A stretch of DNA of 64,000 nt from Pontimonas sp. (GTDB lineage: Bacteria; Actinomycetota; Actinomycetes; Actinomycetales; Microbacteriaceae), in contig JBIIRH010000001.1 of assembly GCA_044341675.1 (NCBI GenBank), positions 15,870 to 79,869 on the forward strand, in the 5' to 3' direction. The translations under genes were made by a program, and so were the position numbers. The notes below the pieces were generated by a model that did no database searches, was not told the origin of the DNA, and saw only the letters and a program-made list of their open reading frames with translations. This document shows positions 1 to 9,962 of this stretch, piece by piece; the first letter of the stretch is position 1, and the number at the start of each line of letters is the position of its first letter.

Positions 1-845
1 CAGGACACCCATCCGGTTGCGGGCGGCAGTGGCATCAGCCCATGGCCAAATCCCATACCGATTGTGATTGTGGCGGCGGCCTCATCCACGTGAGTGATCA
101 GCGCCCTCGCCGCCATTACCGGGGCGAACCCGAGGTCCTTGGCGCTTCGATCGTCAAACGGGCTAACCCCAAAGGCGATAATGCCAATTCGGACCATGTC
201 CAATCTGGCCTCGGGGACGTCCTCGGCCGCCGCGGAAGCGGCGATATGAGTGATGGTGGGGGAGAGTCCAGCGGCCCGCGCCACCCTGAGGGCGTCGTGA
301 AAGCGCTCGAGTGAGCGCTGATCTTCTTCCAGAGACGTGTCTGCGAGGTGTGACCAGATTCCTTCGACCACGATGAGCCCGGCGGCTTCGAGTTCCCGAG
401 CCTGGGCGACGAGAGCGGGCCACAGCGATGGCAGACAGCCGTTTCGGTGGAGTCCGGTGTCGATCTTGAGGTGAACTGTTGTGGTGAGGCCTTGGCACTG
501 CTGTGCAATCGCATCCAGCTGCCAGAAATGTGAAATTCCGAGAGTCAGATTCGCGCGGCTGGCAGCCAGAAAGTCATCGTGGGGCGAGATGAGCCAGGCC
601 AGCATGGGGGTGGTGGGAAGTTTTTCTCGAAGAGCGATGCCGGTGGGAATATCGAGCACAGCGAGCGCATCCGCCCCCGCCGCAACAGCTGCCTCCGCTA
701 TGGCGACTCCGCCGTGACCATAGGCTTCTGACTTCACCGCAATCATCAGCCTGGCGTCACCGGCAAGCTGTAATCGCGCTTGGGCAACGTTGGCCCGAAA
801 GTTTGCGAGTGAAATATCGACCCAGAATGGTGTCTCTAGTGCCAT
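1..845 (-). CDS. Alanine racemase-family protein, PLP-lysine-bearing subunit; runs off the left edge; catalytic Tyr loop absent
   Basis: Not in ORF track; translated by hand from ATG at 845: MALETPFWVDISLANFRANV...AVKSEAYGHG...HLKIDTGLHRNG...EGIWSHLAD...HIAASA...DMVRIGIIAFG...PVMAARALITHVDEAAATITIGMGFGHGL. All Alr barrel motifs present. Confidence 0.9.
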   Translation of the reverse strand, partial: MALETPFWVDISLANFRANVAQARLQLAGDARLMIAVKSEAYGHGGVAIAEAAVAAGADALAVLDIPTGIALREKLPTTPMLAWLISPHDDFLAASRANLTLGISHFWQLDAIAQQCQGLTTTVHLKIDTGLHRNGCLPSLWPALVAQARELEAAGLIVVEGIWSHLADTSLEEDQRSLERFHDALRVARAAGLSPTITHIAASAAAEDVPEARLDMVRIGIIAFGVSPFDDRSAKDLGFAPVMAARALITHVDEAAATITIGMGFGHGLMPLPPATGWVS

Positions 846-1492
846 GACCTCACCACCCGCGAGCCCAGGTGGGCGAGCAACGCAGCCTCTGGTCGCTGGG
901 ACCATGAGCTCCACTGGGCCAGGGAGGGGGAGTCCCCCCAGATCATCGCTCGGTCGCCAACCGTGACTGCTGCGTTCCCGACGTCCACCACGCACTGGTC
1001 CATAGCTATGCGACCGGCGATGGGGAAGAGAGCTCCGCCGAGGGCGATCCTGGCGCCTGGGACTCGGGGAACACCATCGGCGAAGCCGGCGCTCACCAAA
1101 GCCAGCGTGGTGTCGCTGGTGGTGGTGTATTCATAGCCGTAGGACACGGGGGTCCCAGAGGGCACAGCCTTAACAGAAATAACGGTGGCGCTGAAGGCCA
1201 CCACTGGGCCTCCTGGGCCGTCCCACCAGCCAGACACCGCGGGTGTGCCAGGCGCAGCGGCATGAAGACCAGTAGGTGCCAGTTGTGAAGAATCGATGAG
1301 GCAGTGCCGAATGCCGACCTCCTGGGCCACTGCGCCCACTTCCGCCAGACCGCAACCGAGAGCGTCGGCCCGGAGATCAAGAACGACGTCGTCCCCGTGC
1401 TCGGCTCGAAGTGCAGTGAGGTTGGTAGTGAGCGCCACACGCGAGAGCTCGGCGCTCCGCAGGGGAGGGCCTGACTTAGTGCGCGCGGTCAT
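836..1492 (-). CDS. Alanine racemase C-terminal-domain protein with vestigial N-terminus (no PLP Lys)
   Basis: VKAVPSGTPVSYGYEY, AGFADG and GRIAMDQ are Alr C-domain motifs; N-terminal LDLRADALGCG aligns to VVKADAYGHG with K->R; only 218 aa. Confidence 0.88.
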   Translation of the reverse strand: MTARTKSGPPLRSAELSRVALTTNLTALRAEHGDDVVLDLRADALGCGLAEVGAVAQEVGIRHCLIDSSQLAPTGLHAAAPGTPAVSGWWDGPGGPVVAFSATVISVKAVPSGTPVSYGYEYTTTSDTTLALVSAGFADGVPRVPGARIALGGALFPIAGRIAMDQCVVDVGNAAVTVGDRAMIWGDSPSLAQWSSWSQRPEAALLAHLGSRVVRSWH

Positions 1493-1709
1493 CCCGCAGT
1501 CGGTCTGTTTCGTCGTGCCACTTGACGATCTTGTCGCCGAGAGACTCGCGGTATTTCGACGCGTGGTGACCGCAGAAGAGAAGCTCTCCTGCGCTGAGCG
1601 TCACACGAACATAGGCCTGTGCACCGCAGCTGTCGCAAACGTCGCCGGCGCCCAGTGGCGCGACAATGTCGAGAGCGCTGTCGGTGGTCTCGGTTGCTGC
1701 GTAAGACAT
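1476..1709 (-). CDS. Small conserved actinobacterial zinc-ribbon protein
   Basis: CDSCGAQAYVRV...LLFCGHH (CxxC...CxxH); AGGAG upstream of ATG at 1709. Confidence 0.8.
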   Translation of the reverse strand: MSYAATETTDSALDIVAPLGAGDVCDSCGAQAYVRVTLSAGELLFCGHHASKYRESLGDKIVKWHDETDRLRDDRAH

Positions 1710-1788
1710 TGTCTCTCCTTGGCCCGGTGTTGTTGTTCTGGAACATTTCATCACGACTGTGCTGTGATTCGTGGTCAGACTCTCCCAG

Positions 1789-1804
1789 GTTCGCCTACCG
1801 CGTA
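1789..1804. promoter_or_regulatory. Candidate ClgR operator
   Basis: GTTCGC-CTACC-GCGTA matches the actinobacterial ClgR motif GTTCGC-N5-GCG, in the divergent intergenic region. Confidence 0.5.
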
Positions 1805-1891
1805 GTTACGAATCTCGGCGGTGTGAGCGTGCCTTGTCCCACCCCAGGCCTATGCTCGGGGGTGCGTTACAACACAAGGAGTTCCCAGACC

Positions 1892-3973
1892 GTGGCAAGT
1901 TCAGACTATTCAGCCAGGCATCTCTCAGTTTTAGAAGGCCTCGAGGCTGTCCGAAAGCGCCCCGGCATGTACATCGGTTCTACCGATGCCAGAGGCCTCA
2001 TGCACTGCCTCTGGGAACTCATCGACAACTCTGTCGACGAAGCGGTGGCCGGTCACGGCACAGATATCTCGGTCATGGTTCAGTCTGATGGCAGCGTTGA
2101 GGTGCACGACCGAGGGCGCGGTGTTCCTGTTGATATCGAGCCAAAATCGGGCCTCACCGGCGTGGAATTGGTCTTTACCAAGCTTCACGCGGGTGGAAAG
2201 TTTGGGGCTGGGTCCTACGCAACTTCCGGAGGTCTTCACGGCGTCGGCGCCTCGGTAGTGAACGCTCTTTCGGAGCGACTCGACGTCGAGGTCGACCGCG
2301 ACGGAGTCACCTGGGGCATGTCCTTCAGGCGGGGCGAACCCGGCATCTTCACCGACGTGGAGGGGGCGAAGGGTCCGGGTTCAGCGTTTGAGCCTTTCGT
2401 GGACAACAGCGAACTTGCCCGCCTTGGAAAAGTCGCCAAAGGTGTGACCGGAACACGGGTCCGTTTTTGGCCAGACCCTCAGATCTTTGGCAAGACGGCG
2501 TCCTTTGCCTCTCCTGAACTCGCCGAGAGATCCCGGCAAACAGCCTTTTTGGTCCCAGGGCTGACAATCCAGGTTCATGACCGCACCGGCGCGGAGGAGT
2601 CTGTTGTTACCTACTCTTCCGAGGGTGGTCTCCGGGACTTTCTCGAGTTTCTGGCCCCCGACCAACCGGTCGTTGGCCCGTGGCATTTTTCTGGCTCTGG
2701 CCAATTCGACGAGACAGTTCCCATGTTGGACTCCCAGGGGCGCTTGGAATCCACTGATGTCACACGGGACGTGCACGTGGATGTTGTGGTCCAGTGGGGC
2801 ACCGGTTACGACACGGTCGCGAAAAGTTTTGTGAACATCATCCAGACCCCGAAGGGTGGCACCCACCAGGCGGGCTTCGATGCGGGGCTCGTCAAGGCCA
2901 TCCGTGGAGAGATTGACAAGAATGCGCGCCGCCTCAAGGTCGGCAAAGACAAGGTCGAGAAGGACGACATCGTCGCCGGCCTGACCGCGATTGTTGCCGT
3001 GCGGGTACCTGAACCACAGTTTGAAGGCCAGACCAAAGAGGTGCTCGGCACTCCGGGCATTAAGGCCATTGTGCACGCGGTTGTTGCCGAGGGCCTTGCC
3101 CAGAAGTTTGCGTCTAGCAAACGGGACGACAAGGCAGCGAGCGCGCTCCTCCAGGAGAAGATCGTTGCGGAAATGAAGACTCGTCTCTCCGCCCGGGCTC
3201 ACAAAGAGACCCAGCGTAGAAAAACGGCGCTCGAGTCCTCCACTTTGCCCACCAAGCTGGTGGACTGTCGCACCAAGGACGTGGAAGGCACTGAACTGTT
3301 CATCGTGGAGGGCGATTCAGCGCTGGGCACCGCGAAGCTTGCCAGGGACAGCAATCATCAAGCGCTGTTGCCGATTCGAGGCAAAATCCTCAATACCCAG
3401 AAGGCTTCCGTCCAAGACATGCTCGACAACCAAGAGTGTGCTGCCATCATCCAGGTTGTCGGCGCCGGATCTGGCCGAACCTTCGATCTCACGAGCGCTC
3501 GCTACGGGAAAATCATCATCATGTCCGATGCTGACGTCGATGGCGCCCACATCCGAACCCTGCTACTCACCCTGTTCTTTCGCTACATGCGCCCCCTTGT
3601 TGAGGCGGGACGCGTGTATGCCGCGGTTCCGCCCCTCCACCGCGTGATTGTGCAGGGCCGCGGCAAAGCGGGCAACGACGTCATCTACACCTACTCGGAA
3701 GAGGAACTGATGACTGTTCTGGCTTCGCTCAAAGCCGCTGGCAAGACCTACCAGGAGCCCATTCAGCGCTACAAGGGCCTTGGCGAAATGGATGCTGATC
3801 AGCTTGCTGACACCACGATGAATCCCGCTGGGCGGACCCTGAGACGGGTCAGGGTCTCTGATGCCCAAGCGGCCTCAGACGTGTTCGAGCTGCTGATGGG
3901 CAACGATGTTGCTCCCCGCAGGGACTTTATTGTCTCTGGGCCAGGCCTATCCCGGGAGCGAATCGACGCTTAG
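1892..3973 (+). CDS. parE: Type IIA DNA topoisomerase subunit B (topoisomerase IV-type)
   Basis: [64 protein letters not shown]; AAGGAG before GTG 1892. Confidence 0.93.
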   Translation: MASSDYSARHLSVLEGLEAVRKRPGMYIGSTDARGLMHCLWELIDNSVDEAVAGHGTDISVMVQSDGSVEVHDRGRGVPVDIEPKSGLTGVELVFTKLHAGGKFGAGSYATSGGLHGVGASVVNALSERLDVEVDRDGVTWGMSFRRGEPGIFTDVEGAKGPGSAFEPFVDNSELARLGKVAKGVTGTRVRFWPDPQIFGKTASFASPELAERSRQTAFLVPGLTIQVHDRTGAEESVVTYSSEGGLRDFLEFLAPDQPVVGPWHFSGSGQFDETVPMLDSQGRLESTDVTRDVHVDVVVQWGTGYDTVAKSFVNIIQTPKGGTHQAGFDAGLVKAIRGEIDKNARRLKVGKDKVEKDDIVAGLTAIVAVRVPEPQFEGQTKEVLGTPGIKAIVHAVVAEGLAQKFASSKRDDKAASALLQEKIVAEMKTRLSARAHKETQRRKTALESSTLPTKLVDCRTKDVEGTELFIVEGDSALGTAKLARDSNHQALLPIRGKILNTQKASVQDMLDNQECAAIIQVVGAGSGRTFDLTSARYGKIIIMSDADVDGAHIRTLLLTLFFRYMRPLVEAGRVYAAVPPLHRVIVQGRGKAGNDVIYTYSEEELMTVLASLKAAGKTYQEPIQRYKGLGEMDADQLADTTMNPAGRTLRRVRVSDAQAASDVFELLMGNDVAPRRDFIVSGPGLSRERIDA

Positions 3974-6408
3974 GCCAGCGCTTCGCCAAAGGCCTCGGGG
4001 CTCTCTGGTGCTAGTGCGCCAGAAGCATCTCGCTTTGCCTCCTGTAGGTCGAGCTCGAGAGGCACTCCCTGGGAACCAAGCGCCAGAGGCGTTTTCCCGA
4101 CAAAGGCCCTCACTAGGACATCTTCGCCCTTCAAGAACGTGTGTGCTCGCACGCCACCGGTCGCCCTCCCCTTGGAGGGGAACTCGGCTAGGGGTGTGCG
4201 CTTGATCCTGACCGCCTCAGTGCCTGGCAGGACCTGGGACGAACCAGACACTGTGATTACGGTGGCATCCTTCGGTGAGAGGGCTCCGGCCCACATCACC
4301 CCAGCCCCCTCGCCGAGCGCAATTCCCGCCATTCCCGAGGCGCTTGGGCCCTGAGGCCGCACCGCCGTTGCGGGGAAGTGCAGAAGCTGGCCGGTTGAGG
4401 TGATGAACACGCAGTGCGTGTCATCGCCGGCGATTCCAGCGCCCACGACAGTGTCACCGTCTTTGAGGGCAATGAGGCTGTGGTGGGTTTTCTCCGGAAG
4501 GCCGGAGAGCGCGATGCGCTTGACGATTCCGGCAGCGGTGCCGAGCATGACTGTCGGGGAATCATCGAGATTCACGACTCCCACAATGGTGCCATCGCTC
4601 TGACCCAGACCTAGGAACTCGTGGAGCGAGACGCCTTCAGCGAGCTTCGGTCGGGTCGGGTCAAGCTCGGGGAGGTCCATCGGTTGGAACACGTGCATGT
4701 TTCCGGCGCTGGTCAGAGCACCAAGCGAGCCCCGCAGGCGGGAGGAGGTCCTAGCCAAGAGTGCATCATGGGCACTTCGGCTGCTGAGCGCAGTCACCGC
4801 ACCCTCTAGCCACACAACGCGAGCGGCCTTGCCGCTGGCCGATACGAGAACATCGCAGGGGGCGTCAGTGATCTCGAGGTTGGCAACGGTCGGCTTTGCT
4901 CGTGCCACAGGAGCGGTTACGCCCGAGAGCACACTCCGGCGTGGGGTTCCATACGCCTCGGACATAGCGGCCAATTCATCCGAGACCGTGCGTCGAATCA
5001 GTTCGGGGTCGGCGAGCAGGGCCTTCAAGTGGGCGATCTGTTCTCGAAGTGCGTCGCGCTCAGTTTCCAGCTCGATCGTGGACATGCGCGTGAGGCGACG
5101 AAGACGAAGCTCCAAGATGTAGTCGGTCTGCTCGAGGCTGAGCGAGAAGACCTCCTGAAGGCGGGTGCGGGCCGCGGCGACGTCGTCGGAGGAGCGGATT
5201 ACCTGAATGACTTGGTCAATGTCGGTCATCGCAATGAGAAGACCTTCAACCAGGTGCAAACGCTGCGTCTTTTGGTCGAGCCTGAAAACGGATCGCCTCG
5301 TCACCACGGCCACCCGGTGCTCCAGGAAGACTTCGAGCAACTCTTTGAGGCCAAGCGTCTGTGGTTGTCCGTTAACCAGTGCCACCGAGTTGATGGAGAA
5401 GTTCTCTTCCAGGGGCGTCAGTCGGTATAACTCAGCCAAGACCGCTTGGGGATCAAAGCCACTCTTCAGGCTAATGACGAGTCGCAGCCCGTTGTGTCGG
5501 TCGGTGAGGTCTGTCACATCGCTGATGCCGGTGAGCTTCTTGCTGTTGACGGCGTCCTTGATCTTGTCAATGACGCGCTCGGGTCCAACAAGGTAGGGGA
5601 GTTCGGTGATCACCAGGCCGGTTTTCCTGGGGCCAACGTTTTCAACACTGACCGTCGCCCGGGTTTTGAAGCTCCCGCGACCTGTTTCGTAAGCCTCTGT
5701 GATGCCCTCGAGGCCAACAATCGTTCCACCGGTGGGAAGATCTGGGCCTGGCAGGAAAGCCATGAGCGATTCGAGTGTGGCATCGGGGTGGTCGATAAGG
5801 TGACGCAGCGCTTCGACAACTTCACCGAGGTTGTGGGGTGCCATATTGGTGGCCATACCCACGGCGATACCGCTGGCTCCATTGACGAGAAGATGGGGAA
5901 TCGCAGCTGGCAACACACTCGGTTGAAGAAGCTGGTTGTCGTAGTTGGGTACAAAATCCACGACGTCCTCGTCGAGGTCGGCGACCATGGCCATGGCCTC
6001 GGGCCGTAAACGGGCCTCCGTATACCTGGCGGCTGCGGGCCCATCATCCAGTGAGCCGAAGTTGCCGTGTCCATCCACCATGGGGATTCTCAGGCTGAAG
6101 TTCTGAGCCAAGCGCACGAGTGCGTCATAAATCGCACTATCGCCGTGCGGGTGAAGCTTTCCCATGACCTCGCCAACTACGCGGGCGGACTTGACGTGTC
6201 CCTTTTCTGGGGAGAGCCCCATCTGGGCCATCTGGTAGATGATGCGACGCTGGACGGGTTTGAGGCCGTCTCTCGCGTCGGGGAGGGCCCTGGAGTAGAT
6301 GACCGAATAGGCGTATTCCAGGAAGGAGCCCTGCATCTCATCGGTCAGTTCGACGTCGACGATTCGTTCTGAGGGCAGGGCAGGGGAGGGAGAAGTCGGG
6401 GCAGTCAT
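3970..6408 (-). CDS. parC: Type IIA DNA topoisomerase subunit A (topoisomerase IV-type)
   Basis: [28 protein letters not shown] (catalytic Tyr), [12 protein letters not shown], beta-pinwheel repeats with no clear GyrA box; start taken at MTAPT (6408). Confidence 0.92.
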   Translation of the reverse strand: MTAPTSPSPALPSERIVDVELTDEMQGSFLEYAYSVIYSRALPDARDGLKPVQRRIIYQMAQMGLSPEKGHVKSARVVGEVMGKLHPHGDSAIYDALVRLAQNFSLRIPMVDGHGNFGSLDDGPAAARYTEARLRPEAMAMVADLDEDVVDFVPNYDNQLLQPSVLPAAIPHLLVNGASGIAVGMATNMAPHNLGEVVEALRHLIDHPDATLESLMAFLPGPDLPTGGTIVGLEGITEAYETGRGSFKTRATVSVENVGPRKTGLVITELPYLVGPERVIDKIKDAVNSKKLTGISDVTDLTDRHNGLRLVISLKSGFDPQAVLAELYRLTPLEENFSINSVALVNGQPQTLGLKELLEVFLEHRVAVVTRRSVFRLDQKTQRLHLVEGLLIAMTDIDQVIQVIRSSDDVAAARTRLQEVFSLSLEQTDYILELRLRRLTRMSTIELETERDALREQIAHLKALLADPELIRRTVSDELAAMSEAYGTPRRSVLSGVTAPVARAKPTVANLEITDAPCDVLVSASGKAARVVWLEGAVTALSSRSAHDALLARTSSRLRGSLGALTSAGNMHVFQPMDLPELDPTRPKLAEGVSLHEFLGLGQSDGTIVGVVNLDDSPTVMLGTAAGIVKRIALSGLPEKTHHSLIALKDGDTVVGAGIAGDDTHCVFITSTGQLLHFPATAVRPQGPSASGMAGIALGEGAGVMWAGALSPKDATVITVSGSSQVLPGTEAVRIKRTPLAEFPSKGRATGGVRAHTFLKGEDVLVRAFVGKTPLALGSQGVPLELDLQEAKRDASGALAPESPEAFGEALA

Positions 6409-6420
6409 AGGATGGCGCCT

Positions 6421-7548
6421 ATGGTACTGGTTCAGGCGTCGACGCCACTGAGGCTTGCCGACGTGCTGGAGAGTTGCCACCGCGCAGTCCTCGGCGAGGA
6501 GAATCCGCTGGGTCTGGGCCGAGTTAACAAGGCCGCGGTGTTGGTTGTCGATGGTCTTGGTGCTGCAAATCTTCGCGATCGCAAGGGCCACGCACGCTGG
6601 CTGCACAGTGCCTGGTCGACGAGAGGCCTTGTCGCGGACTCCGGTTTCCCTTCCACAACCGCCAGCGCTCTCACATCGCTGACCACCGGCGTTGGTGCTG
6701 GTCGGCACGGAATCGTCGGGTACACAATCCGGGACCCAATATCCGGCATGATGATCAATCACCTGAAGGACTGGGCTCCCCACGTGGACCCCGACACCTG
6801 GCAGTTACGACCCACGATTTTCGAGACCGCTGCCGGGCAAGGGATCCCCTCGTTAGCGCTCGGGGAAGCTCGGTTTCACGGCAGCGACTTCACCAAAGCC
6901 GTCTGGCGCGGAGCTACTTTTCGAGGTGTGAAGACGCTCGAAGAACAGGCAGAAGCAATGCGGGAGTTTTTTGATCGCAACGATCGGGCATTGGCCTATC
7001 TTTACTGGCCAGCACTTGATCGCACTGGCCACTCCCAAGGTGTTGCCTCAGAATCCTGGACCCACCGCCTGGAGGAGCTCGATGCTTCTCTGGAAGCCAT
7101 GTCGGCCTTGCTCCGGGACGATGAAGGCCTGGTCATCACAGCTGATCACGGCATGATCGACGTTCCGGAGGAACACAAGCTGATCATCGCGGAGGGCTCC
7201 CCATTGCTCCAGCACGTCGCTGCGTGGGGTGGTGAACCACGGGTTCCCCAGCTTTACTTGGACAGCCCTGATGCGCTGGCTGACGTCCACGCTGCGTGGG
7301 ACGAGGGCCTCGGTGGCGCGGCGAAAGTGATGACGAGAGAACAGCTTGTTGACGAGGGGTGGCTAGGGCCAGTGGCTGATGGCGTGCTCGAGCGAGTCGG
7401 TGACATTACGGTCGCCTGCATCGACAGCCTTGTTGCCTACAGAGAATCCACCGCCTCAGCGACCTCCATGGCGATGGTGGGACAACACGGTTCGCTGACC
7501 GCGCGAGAAAGAGAGATCCCCGTCATTCCGATCGGGGCTTGGGCCTAA
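6421..7548 (+). CDS. Alkaline phosphatase-superfamily protein (nucleotide pyrophosphatase/phosphodiesterase-like)
   Basis: VVDGLG, FPSTTA, LDRTGH, ITADHG, GQHGS metal and nucleophile motifs; start at 6421 (alternative 6412). Confidence 0.85.
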   Translation: MVLVQASTPLRLADVLESCHRAVLGEENPLGLGRVNKAAVLVVDGLGAANLRDRKGHARWLHSAWSTRGLVADSGFPSTTASALTSLTTGVGAGRHGIVGYTIRDPISGMMINHLKDWAPHVDPDTWQLRPTIFETAAGQGIPSLALGEARFHGSDFTKAVWRGATFRGVKTLEEQAEAMREFFDRNDRALAYLYWPALDRTGHSQGVASESWTHRLEELDASLEAMSALLRDDEGLVITADHGMIDVPEEHKLIIAEGSPLLQHVAAWGGEPRVPQLYLDSPDALADVHAAWDEGLGGAAKVMTREQLVDEGWLGPVADGVLERVGDITVACIDSLVAYRESTASATSMAMVGQHGSLTAREREIPVIPIGAWA

Positions 7549-8534
7549 GCCGGGTCGTCGTCGCTTCTGGCACCAAAGACAATGTCGTCCCAGCTTGGCA
7601 TTGCTGGGCGGGTCTTCTTAGTGGTGGGTGGCGGCTCGGGATCGTCGTCAGAATCATCGTCGCTGGTATGCCCGATGGGGGTGACCTCTGCGGTGTGGCT
7701 GTCATCCTCAACCAGGTGGATGCCACCTGTGGAGGGGTGCCCGGCACGCGAGGTGTCCGGTTCGCTCTCCTGGACTACATCGCGCTCGCCACGCTTGCGC
7801 CGCAAAACCTCAAGCAGATCGGCGGTATCTGCCATCCGGTCGCCATCTGGGCCATCACCCTGCCGGCCATAGGGCACTGGCTCGAGCATGGGGCCGGTTT
7901 CCCCCAGGTCGGAAGCTTCAAAAATGTCTGAATCGAAACGCTCTGGGCGGTCAGCCGAAGGGACGGCGCTCAGCTTGGGGATGAGAGTGGTGGGCATGGG
8001 TTCGTGCCGGGACAACACAGCGGCGTCATCGTTGACGGGCGAGATGAGGTGCTTCCTGGGATCGAAAGCCCAGCGCGCACGATGTTCGACATCGCCTTCG
8101 TGAAAGAGCAGCTCAACTTGCCAGCCGGATTCTTCTTTCCATGCTGACCATGAGTCTTCGGCGGCGGTGATGTCCTCAAGCCTGGCTCGCACCGCAGTAC
8201 CAAAGGACATTTCGGGGCCATTCTTCTGAGTGACGGTCACAGCGAGCGCTTGATCCACAACGAACTGTCGCTCAGCGAGAACTGGGCCTTCAAATTTTTC
8301 GATGTAGGGGAGCTCTTCACCCGTGAGATCAGCCACTTGGCGGGCTGTGAGACCGCGCCGGATGTGAGCCTGAATGTCCTTGGGGCTTGAGCGGTGGGTG
8401 GCACCAGGACCGGGGGATGGCGCGCGAAGTGCACCCAGAAGAGCATCGTTGATGGGGACCTGGAAGCGCTCCCCGTCGGAGGAGACGAGGATGATGTGGC
8501 CGTCGTTTGCGCCCACAATGCTCAGGTTCTCCAT
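7545..8534 (-). CDS. sepH: Septation protein SepH (DUF3071)
   Basis: SPKDIQAHIRRG HTH, EKFEGPVLAER, C-terminal MPSWDDIVFG; AGGAGG upstream of ATG 8534. Confidence 0.85.
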   Translation of the reverse strand: MENLSIVGANDGHIILVSSDGERFQVPINDALLGALRAPSPGPGATHRSSPKDIQAHIRRGLTARQVADLTGEELPYIEKFEGPVLAERQFVVDQALAVTVTQKNGPEMSFGTAVRARLEDITAAEDSWSAWKEESGWQVELLFHEGDVEHRARWAFDPRKHLISPVNDDAAVLSRHEPMPTTLIPKLSAVPSADRPERFDSDIFEASDLGETGPMLEPVPYGRQGDGPDGDRMADTADLLEVLRRKRGERDVVQESEPDTSRAGHPSTGGIHLVEDDSHTAEVTPIGHTSDDDSDDDPEPPPTTKKTRPAMPSWDDIVFGARSDDDPA

Positions 8535-8744
8535 CTGACCTCCCCCTCCTTGCGCGGTGTAGTAGTAGCTTGTCACGCTAGCCCAAGAGATATCGAAATA
8601 TTTTTGGGTGTGGCGCGACCCAGATTCTCCCGGGCCGGCTACCCTAAACCGGTGTTGGGACGTGCGTTTTGGATTTTCCAAGGTTTATCAGGCAAACTAA
8701 CGCCGCACATTCCCACCACCTGACCCGAGGGAGCGAGCGCCACA

Positions 8745-9038
8745 ATGGCAACCGACTACGACGCACCGCGTAAGTCCGAAGAAGATACTGAATCTATCCA
8801 GGCACTCCAGGAGCGCGTGCCAGACAAACTCTCTGGGGTCGTTGACGCCGAGGACGCCGATAACCTCGGTTCCCTTGAGCTTGCCGGTCAGGATCTTGCC
8901 AATGTTGAACTCGACGTTGTCGTACTTCCTCCGCAGGCAGACGAGTTCACCTGTGTGGAGTGCTTCTTGGTCAAGCACCGCTCGCAGCTCGATCACGACA
9001 CCAAACTTGGCCCCGTGTGTTCGGAGTGCTCTAGGTAG
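8745..9038 (+). CDS. DUF4193 family protein
   Basis: MATDYDAPRK...PQADEFTCVECFLVKHRSQL...CSEC signature. Confidence 0.88.
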   Translation: MATDYDAPRKSEEDTESIQALQERVPDKLSGVVDAEDADNLGSLELAGQDLANVELDVVVLPPQADEFTCVECFLVKHRSQLDHDTKLGPVCSECSR

Positions 9039-9474
9039 TTTCGCCCGCCCGCCATGCGGCAATGAAACGCTCGGGATTTCGGGACGACACGATCCAGTAG
9101 GGCGTGGGGTCTTGTGGGTCAGAGATTGTTACTTTGACCACCGCATCGACCCACGGGCGAATCACAAGCCACGCTCTGGCGTCGAGTCTGGGTCCGCGCT
9201 CCTGGCGGGCCTCCTCACGGTGGAAGGCTTCTAACCCGGTCACAAACTTCCGCTCGATCTGAGCGCGCCCGGCCATGATGGTCTGCCCGTTGGTCGAAAT
9301 CGTGGGGGAGAGGGCCCAGAGCAGGCCAATCGAACCGCCCCACAGCGCTGCCCCAACACCCAGCCCCAGAGGGATACTCAGGGGAAGAAAAATGAGTGTG
9401 GTGGCGGGGAGAAAAAGCCCGGTTGCCACGACCATCCACCAGGACGGGCTTAGCTTCTCGCGATAGACGTTCAT
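9031..9474 (-). CDS. DUF3093 family membrane protein
   Basis: YREKLSPSWW, two TM helices, DPQDPTPYWIVSSRNP; usual position next to dut. Confidence 0.85.
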   Translation of the reverse strand: MNVYREKLSPSWWMVVATGLFLPATTLIFLPLSIPLGLGVGAALWGGSIGLLWALSPTISTNGQTIMAGRAQIERKFVTGLEAFHREEARQERGPRLDARAWLVIRPWVDAVVKVTISDPQDPTPYWIVSSRNPERFIAAWRAGETT

Positions 9475-9506
9475 GGCTCTATTGCACCACGTATACCCTG
9501 GAGACT

Positions 9507-9947
9507 GTGGAAGAGACGCAAAGCCCCGACGTTTTGGTGGTCGGAAACGTTCCGCGGTATGCCAAGCCAGGCGATGCCGGTTGTGATTTGACGAGCAGTG
9601 AGTCCCTCACGCTGGGGCCTGGCGAACGTGCCGTCGTGGCCACCGGAACGTCCATTGCTCTTCCGCAGGGATTCGTCGGCTACGTGATGCCTCGCAGCGG
9701 TCTCGCCGCTAAACACGGCATTAGCTTGGTCAATGCACCGGGTGTCATCGACGCGGGATATCGCGGGGAGATCAAGGTTGTCCTTATTAATACAGACCTC
9801 ACCGAGAGTTTTATTGTGGAACCGGGCGACCGGATTGCCCAGCTGGTAGTTTCTCCCATGGCGCAGGCACGTTTTCACGAGGTGGAGCGTTTGCCGGGAA
9901 CCGAACGTGCTGCCGGAGGATTTGGATCAACCGGGCAGCACGCCTGA
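9507..9947 (+). CDS. dut: dUTP diphosphatase
   Basis: GDAGCDL, PRSGLA, GVIDAGYRGEI, RIAQLV, RAAGGFGSTG. Confidence 0.95.
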   Translation: MEETQSPDVLVVGNVPRYAKPGDAGCDLTSSESLTLGPGERAVVATGTSIALPQGFVGYVMPRSGLAAKHGISLVNAPGVIDAGYRGEIKVVLINTDLTESFIVEPGDRIAQLVVSPMAQARFHEVERLPGTERAAGGFGSTGQHA

Positions 9948-9962
9948 TACGAGGAGAACCCA

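Noticed and set aside
1-1492. Reading the two alr-like genes as one frameshifted gene or as pseudogenes
   Set aside because: Each has its own N-terminal and C-terminal parts, the order is C-domain gene first, both frames are open and the deletions are in frame.
6409-6783. 125-aa N-terminal extension of parC in the ORF track (similar extensions on parE, sepH, rnd, sufE, alaS, aroE)
   Set aside because: The extensions overlap real neighbouring genes or promoters and lack family motifs; better starts have an RBS or -10 support.
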